A program made the translations under genes and the position numbers. Below the pieces are notes generated by a model, which was not told the origin of the DNA, did no database searches, and was given only the letters and a program-made list of their open reading frames with translations. Of a stretch of 64,000 nucleotides of DNA, positions 1 through 9,000 are shown piece by piece. The DNA comes from an uncultured Gammaproteobacteria bacterium (GTDB lineage Bacteria > Patescibacteriota > Patescibacteriia > Patescibacteriales > WJLG01). Position 1 is the first letter of the stretch. Every line of letters begins with the position of its first letter. The DNA lies in NCBI GenBank assembly GCA_964395625.1, contig CAYNAR010000003.1, positions 5,857-69,856 on the forward strand, given 5' to 3'.

Positions 1-3000
1 ACAACATGATCCAGTATAGGAGCGATGCCGTTTCCATGATACCGAATAGGGGTTGGTCTATGGATAGCACCGTTTATTTTTCCGCCACCTCTACAGACAA
101 AGATGGAGACTTTATCACTACCTATTATCAGGTTATCGGCACTAACGATACTTATGCTACCGCTACTTCGGCTCCAGCCTCCGCCTGTTTGTCCGGCATT
201 TCCTATGCTGCTTGTACTAGTAAATATTGGACTAATTTCGGTTCATGGTCTGATGCGGATTTTAATTATCGCACTAAAATAACCGCCTTGGCAACGCAGG
301 TGACTGCAGATTTGACTAACTTTCCTGTCTTTTTGAATATGTCCGCTTTAGGAGTCAACCATCCGATTTGGAGCAATATGCGCGAGGATGGCGGAGATTT
401 GATGATAACTAATTCCACCGGCACTCGTCTGCCTTTGGAGTTGGTTCGCGTCTCTACTTCAACCAAAACAGGAGAGCTTTATTTTAGAGCTGACACATTG
501 GCAGATTTGGCCAATACCGATTTTTATTTATATTACGGATCTTCTACCGCTTCTCAGCCGGCTTCGACAACCACCTATGGTGCTCGCAATGTTTGGTCTA
601 ACGGTTATCGCGGTGTTTGGCATTTAAACGAGTCCGGTGTCGGGGTTCGCGATTCCACCAGCTATGCTAATAATAGCTCATCAGTTGGCGGCAACCCGAC
701 TTTCGGCGCGACCGGTAAGCTCGGCTATGCCATTAATTTTAGCGGCACTAATTATATCTTAATACCGAGTGACAATGATTTAGAGCCGACTACTAATTTG
801 ACCATTTCATCCTGGATAAACAGGGGTGCTACGCAAAATGACTATGCTAAGCCTTTTTGGTACGGTACTAACGGTGCCGATCCTTATCCGGCTTACGGTT
901 TCGAGTTTAATGCCGCCTCCGATTCTGATTTATCTTTCGGTTCTGCTGCTGGAGGAGCCCATCGCAATACGCCGGTTTATACGACAACGGCCAATACTTG
1001 GATTTATTTGGTTGGTACTTACGACGGAACGACCTTCCGTCTTTACACCGACGGAACCCAACGCACCACACTCGCTTACACTGGTACGATATCCAATTAT
1101 GACAATGTCAGTGGTCTTGGCATAGGTAATAGATATGAACTTACGCAAGGATTCACCGGTTCGGTTGACGAAGTCCGCATTGCTGCCTCCACTCGTTCCG
1201 CCACTTGGATCTCCACCGAACATAACAACATGAATGGACCATATAGTTTCTTCTCTACTAGCACGGAAGAGGTTCTTCCTTTGACAAAGCTTGTCGCCGT
1301 CACTTCGATTCCCGATTCCGCTGTCGGTTATAAATGGCAGTCCATGTCTTGCGATAGTAAAAATCTGTGTTCCGGTTGGACAAGATTCGATAATGCCACG
1401 CCGAATTTCATGGTTGATACCGTCAATCCGACAGTTCCCGGTCCTTTGACGTCCAGTAAGCGCTCTGAGACGACTATCACCGTTAGATTCGGAACAGCAT
1501 CCTCCGATACGAACTTTGCCGAGTACAAGATTTTTTATAAGGCAGGGTCTTCCGGGGTGAAACAAAGCGATCTTGTTTGGGGATCTTCCTCTGATTCCGA
1601 TTTATCTAGCGCGACTTTTAGCGGTACGGCCACTACTACAATAACCGGATTAAACTCCGGTACTCAATACGTCTTTAATATTTTTGCCTATGACTTGGCC
1701 GGTCGCGTAGCTAGTGCGACTACGGAGGTGGTAATCAGTACGGCTGGTTATCCTCGCGACCCAGAAGATTTAGTGCAGTATAAGACTGGGGCCACTATTT
1801 TGAATAATGGGGATTGGACCAATTTGAGTCAGGTCAGTCTTTACGCTAGTTCCACAGGCAATGAGAGATATTTCCAATTGGTCGACAATAGTACGTCGTT
1901 CACTTCGGCAACGACTACTCCTGTCAGTCCATGTTTCAATAATACGGAATATGCCGCTTGTACCAATAAGATATGGAAGAGTTCTTGGCCTTGGTATGGC
2001 AATAGCTTCCCTTATCGTGTAAGAGTAACCGCCGACAGCGCTTATGTGGACGCCGATTTGAATAATTTTCCGATGTATTTTAATGTTGCGAACATTCCAG
2101 TCGACAGTAATTTTTGGAATCATGTGCGTGAGGATGGAGGAGATATAGTGATGACATCTGATGATGGAATAACCAGATTACCATTGGAATTAGTGTCTTT
2201 CGCCACCTCTACCCACAGTGGAGAGATGTATTTTAAGGGTAATGTTGAAAATTCCACCTCTACTATTTTCTATATATACTATGGTTCTTCGACGGCTTCT
2301 CAGCCGGCTTTCGGTGCGGCTTATGGCCGTAATGCGGTTTGGACTAATGGTTTTGAGGCTGTCTGGCATTTGAACAGTATAACCAGCCTTAGCGATTCTA
2401 CCGGCAATGGTCATAATGGTACGTATTCAGGCAATCCGACTAATTATTCTTCAGGAAGGCTTGGTGGCGCCATCGCTTTCGATGGAGTCGGTGATTATAT
2501 AAGCACTGGCGTTTTTGGCACTAACACGATAGATTTCGGTAATGCCGATTATACCGCCAGTTTTTGGGTTAGGCCAACCGATACGACAGCTGGCGCTCTT
2601 ATGGCCAAGGGCACTAATGATACAACTTGGAGTTCTAATGAAAAGCAATTCTTTTTCACCAGCGTGGCTGGAGCTGCTGGAAATGGTTTGATACCGAACA
2701 TGGTCGGCTGGGGTTGTGATTGGCAAGGCGCCGCCGCTGGAAATACTGTTACCTCTGGTGCCTGGAATCAGCTCGTCTATAGCCGTACTGATTCTACGAA
2801 CACCAAAGCGATTTATATAAACAACACATCTAGGACTTTAGTAGGAAATTACAATACCACGAATACTGCAGACACTAATACTTGGATTCTATATCTTGGT
2901 CGTCGTATTTCTTCTGATGTTAATCCTAACGAAGATTATCATGGTGTCATGGATGAAGTTAGACTTTCCAGTACTACAAGGTCTTCCACTTGGCTCTCCA

Positions 3001-6000
3001 CCGAATACAATAATCAGAACAGTAATAGTTCTTATTTTGGCGTGTCTTCCGAGGAGTCCTTATCGGCAGGCGTCAATCCCATAACCGTTTTAAGGATACC
3101 AGATTCAGTAGTTGGTTATAAATGGCGCGCCATGACTTGTAATAGTGATGGTTGCAGCGATTGGGTTTCTTACAATTTGGCTACGCCGAATTTTTATGTC
3201 GACGCGACATCTCCGACGAGACCTGGTAATTTGACGGTAGATAGTACCGCCACCGACAGAATGACGATTAATTTCGGCTCCGCCACTGTGGAGTCCAATT
3301 TCGCCTATTATCGTATATATTATCATGTCGGCACGACGACCGATCCGAGGGAGACTGATTTTGTTTGGGATTCTTTTTCCGACCCGAATCTTGCCAGCCG
3401 TACTTTTAACGGCGCGGGATCCACTACAATAACCAATCTTCTACCGAATACGTCGTATTCTTTCTTGATATTCGCCTATGACTTAGCTGGCAATAAAGCT
3501 AGTAGTTCGGTCCGCGCTTATTCTAAGACGAAATTCTATGCCGCCAATCCGAGTAATCTTCAGCAATGGAGGAATAGCACCGAGTTAATAGAGAATGGTG
3601 GTTGGACAAATAGTAGTACCGTTCAGTTTTTAGCTACTTCCACAGGGGCTCAGGGTACGGTTTACATGTATTATGAAGTTTTAGCTAATGGCTCCTCCTT
3701 TATAACGTCGACTTCCACACCGGCTTCTTATTGTAGTTCGGGGACATCTTTTGGTTCGTGTGCTTCGAGAGTTTGGCGCGGTCAGGGTTCTCGTGTTTTT
3801 GTTCCGGGTCTCCCTGATTCGGCGACCGGGTATAAATGGCAAGTTATATCTTGTAATGAAGATACTTGTTCGAAGAATTGGACTGTTTTCAATGCTTCAC
3901 AGCCTAATTTCATGGTCGATACCGTCGCTCCGACGGTTCCTGGTAATTTGACTATAGACGCCGTCAGTCCGACTACGATTACTTTGAATCTCGGTTCTGT
4001 TGTAACAGAATCGAACTTTGCCGAATACAAGATATATGCCAGACCCGGCGCCGGTGTCACGGAAAGCGACTACCTCTGGGGTTCTTCTTCTGATTCCGAT
4101 CTTTCGTCCCGTACTTTTAATGGAACTGGCTCGACCACTGTGACCGGATTGACCGCTTCCACGACGTATTATTTTAATATATGGGCTTATGACTTAGCCG
4201 GAAACAGGACGAAGGCTTTAGTGGAGGCATATCGTTCGACTCAGGGAGGCTTGTTCAATCCAAGCAGTTTAGTGCAGTATTATCGAGACACTCCTTTGTC
4301 GAATGGAGAGTGGACTAGTTCTTCGACTGTTGGTTTTTCGGCTACGTCCTCTAATTCCGGAGGCTACACTTTATTGTATTACCAAGTCATCGCCGCCAAC
4401 TCCAGCTTCACAACCGCCACAACTACTCCTGGCTCACCTTGTTATACAGGTACTAACTATGGGGCGTGCGTTTCCAAAGTGTGGTATGATGCGAACACTG
4501 ATGCATCGAGCTGGTATAATTTATCGTATCCTTATCGTGTCAGAGTGACGACTAATAATTCCAAGGTCGATGCCGATTTGACCGATTTTCCGGTTTATTT
4601 GAATCTTTCCGTCCTTGGCGTCAATAGCCCTTTTTGGAACAATGTGAAAAGCAACGGAGGCGATATCTTGGTTACTAATTCTTCCGGTACACGTTTGCCT
4701 TTGGAGTTGGTCTCCATTTCTACTACAAATAAGACTGGCGAAATGTATTTTAAGGGTAATTTGAATAATAACTCGGATACCGATTTCTATATATATTATG
4801 GATATGCTGCAGCCACACAGCCGGCTTCCACGACGACCTATGGCTCGCGCAATGTTTGGACCAATGGATATCGCGGTGTTTGGCATTTGAGCGAATCAGC
4901 AGGTTCTACAGCGGTACGCGACTCTACTAGTTACAGCAATCATAGCTCCGCTATTTCCGGCCCTACTCTCGGTTCTTCCGGAAAAATCGGCACGAGCGTT
5001 TTGTTTAGTGGTGCCAATAGGATTTTAATCCCGACATCTAATAATTTAGAGCCAGCTAGGAACCTGGTGTTTTCGCTGTGGATAAATAGGTCCGCTACAC
5101 AAAATACTTGGGCTAAGCCTTTATGGTACGGCTCCAATGCCACCAATCCTTACCCAGCCTATGGTTACGAGTTCAATGACACCTCCGATACGGATATAGT
5201 CGCGTCAGTCATAGCTGGTGGTGCCAGAAGAACGGTCACCCCTTATACGACTTCCGCCGGCACTTGGGCTTATTTAGTGGCTTCGTATGACGGAACTACG
5301 TTGCGTTATTATGCTAACGGTTCTGAGTATGCTCAAACCGCTTACACTGGCACTATCTCCAATTATGATAATACGAGTGGTCTCGGTATCGGCGACAGAT
5401 ACGAGACTGGTCAAGGTTATGCCGGTTATGTCGATGAGGTTCGTATAGCTTCTACCACTAGGACTTCCGGTTGGGTGTCGACGGAGTATAATAATATGAA
5501 TTCTCCGGAGACATTCTTCTCTACCGGCACAGCCACATCTTTCCCGTTGCCGTATAAGAGTATTAAAGTAAATTCCTTCCCTCAGTCGTCCATAGGTTAT
5601 AAATGGCGCGTCTTAGCTTGTAACCAGTATTCTTGCTCCAAAAATTGGACGGATTTCAACGTGACCACTCCCAACTTTAAAGTCGATACCACAGCCCCGA
5701 CGGCTCCTGGTAATTTGACTTTGGCGGGTCGTCGTACCGATACGATAGTTCTTGGCTTTGGTAGCGCTTCTTCCGAATTACACTTCTCGCAATACAAGAT
5801 ATTTTGGAAACAAGGAATGTCCGGCGTGACGCAATATGATAATTTACATGGTTCTTCTACTGATATTAATTTGGCCAATATAAATTATAATAGTGCCTCG
5901 ACGACGGAAATATCCGGACTTTTGCCGAATACTCGTTACGTGTTCAATATTTTTGCTTATGACCAAACTGGTAAGATTGCCAGTGCCACCGAACAGTCAT

Positions 6001-9000
6001 TCCAAACATCCAACTTAGTTACGGAGACATATAGTTACACATCAGGATCTTCTGCTGGTTGGATCAACAGCCCATACGCTTGGGATGGCAATGATGATAC
6101 TTACGCCTATCGTGATATACCGGGATCTTCGGCTAATGATTCCTCGTCCTATCTGCTGGGCGCAGCCAATAATGCTGTTAATTCCACCAAAAAGATATTA
6201 ATGGTCGAAATGGGATTAGAGGGGTATAGTCAGGATAGCGATGCCATGGATTTTGTAATCCAGCCGATATTCTTAGGTTTAACGGCTGGTGCGACGTCGA
6301 CTTTGGATGGTTCCTTGTATGGTCGTATCGACGGTGACGGTACTTATTATGTCGATATAACCTCTGATGCCAATGCGCCGGCATCTTGGACGTGGAACGA
6401 TGTCATTAATCTCGATGCCAGAGTCTATGGCCTCAACTCTTCATCTACCAATGTCAGAGCATATGTTGATCAAATCCGTTTGCGCATCGCCGTCGATGCT
6501 TTCCCTGAGGTTGTGACCAATCAGGAGCAGAGATATGCCAACGGAACGACTTCGATACCGGTCGATTCTTGGATTAACGCCGATTCGTTGAACCTAAAAG
6601 CGGAAGGCAAGGATCCGGATTCTCTGGAGAAATTATTCCTTTATTTCCAACTCGTTCCGACGACCACATCCTTTATAACCTCGACATCTACCAAGTCTAT
6701 TGGTGCTTGTAGTTTTGGTACGGCTTACAATTCATGCACTTCGACCGTTTGGACCGCTGCCTATGTTGGTGATCCTAGAGATTTCAGCGTCGTTCCTTTC
6801 GTCGGATCGACTACTGTCACGTCGATACCCGATGGCTCTTATAAATGGCAAGTCATTGCTTGCGACGATGATGATGTTTGCTCTCCGTCATGGACGAGAT
6901 TCTCCGCTTCTTCCACTCATGTCAGAGTCGATACGACTAAGCCGGCTTCCCCGGGAGGTTTGTCGTTTGTCAGTCATAATAGCGGTTCGATAGTGATATC
7001 GTTCGGCGCTCAGACGGTGGAGGATAATTTTGCCAGATATCGTATATATTATAGAAAGAGTTCGACGACTGCGCCTATGGAGTCCGATTTAGAGCATGCC
7101 GATAGCAATCTTAATTATATAGATTATAATGGAGCGGCCACGACTACCATTTCCGGTTTATCCAAATCTTCGGAGTATCTAATAAATATTTGGGCCTATG
7201 ATAGAGCTGGCAACAAAGCTTCGGCTACGGTTCCGCTTTTGGCTTCGACGACTGACGGCTATATTTTATCCGAGACTTCTTATTTGATAGAGAATGACGA
7301 CGGAGCTTCTGTAAATTTGAACACTTCCCCGAGTCTTGCCAATGTTCCTTTATCCGGCGTCGAGAAAGGACAGAGGGTCAATGTTCGTTTCCAGATACAA
7401 AACACCGGCTTCGACCAGACTTACAATAAGCGTTACAAGATACAGTATGAGAACAATACAGATTACCCTGGACTTTGGTACGATGTCGGAGGAAGTTCCG
7501 ATATAGCTTATTCCTACGGTCTTTCCGGTGCTAATGGAGACGCCATAACATCGGCTAAAGGATCTGTTAACGGCAATATTTGGGTCAATGGCCTCTGGCA
7601 AGAGGGGACTGGATTATCCAATTTCTACAATTTGGCGGTCAATAGTTATACCGAAATAGCTTTCTCTTTGCAGACGGTCAATGCTATCGCCGGCAAGACT
7701 TATCGTTTAAGGGTTATAGACGGTTCCGGATCATCTACGTTGGAATCTTTCTCCAATTATCCTGCTTTGACGATGACAAGTTCTCCTGTTAAAAGGTATT
7801 CCAAAAACGCCGTTTCTTCCTTGCCTTCCGGATATAGCGATTTGACTTATTATCTTGATAACCAAGGTTATTTAGATACGGCTTCGAATAATGCTTCTCG
7901 TGATAGTATTATCGGTTCTCCTTCTTTTATGGTGTTTAATTTTGTTTCCAAATTGGGCAACTACGATTATGGCTTGAGCGCCTCTTGGGATGGCCAGACT
8001 ACGCTTTCACCGGCCACCAATCCGGTCTTCTTGCAAATTTATCGCTTTGGCACGGTTAACTCTTGGGTTACTGTCACGAGTAATAATTCAGCCGCTATCA
8101 ATACCGACTTTACTTTAGCCGGCTCCGTTAGCTATCAAATGGAGGATTATTTCGATTCTAATTTCAACACTTATTGGCGCGTCTACCAGTCTTCCGGTAG
8201 CGGAACTTTGCGTACTGATTATTACAATCTATCCACTACGACGCTTTCTTCTTACGTCAGCCAGAACCATTATCGTTGGCGCAACGACGATGGCTCAATT
8301 GGTTATAACAATTGGTATAATGATGATTACACCTATAGAAGATTGGTGACATTAGATAATTCTCTTGTTCCTGGACGCAGTAATCAATCGGAATTCACCG
8401 TTTTGATTTCCATGACTGACCTATATTTGCGCTCCACCGCTTTTTCTGGGCACGTTCAAAACTCTTCGGGCTATGACATTCTTTTCACTAGCGCTTCCGG
8501 TACGGCCGTGAAATTGGATTATGAGATAGAGAAGTATACGCCATCGACAGGAGAATTGGTTGCTTGGGTTAGGTTACCGGCCTTATTCCCTCTCAATGAT
8601 ACATATATATACATGTATTATGGCAATGCGACCACTACGGCATCCCAGGAAAATATTTCCGGAACATGGGGTTCTAATAATAGGGCTGTTTGGCACTTAG
8701 ACGAGAGTGGGGCCTCTACGACCAGAAACGATTCTACGGCTAATGCTAACAATGCTTCGACCGAAGGTTATGATGGCGACGAGGATACGGCTACCAATAT
8801 AGATGGCACCGACGATTTTGACGGAACTAATGATCATTTATCCGTAGTCGATAGCAATTCTTTAGATATAACGAGCGGTGTAAGCATATCAGGTTGGTTC
8901 AACCCGGATAATACGGCGACCTTGGGTAGTTTGACTTCCGGAGGATACGCTCAATATCAATTAGTCGGCATGAGATGGGGCGCTACCGGAGCCACCGATT

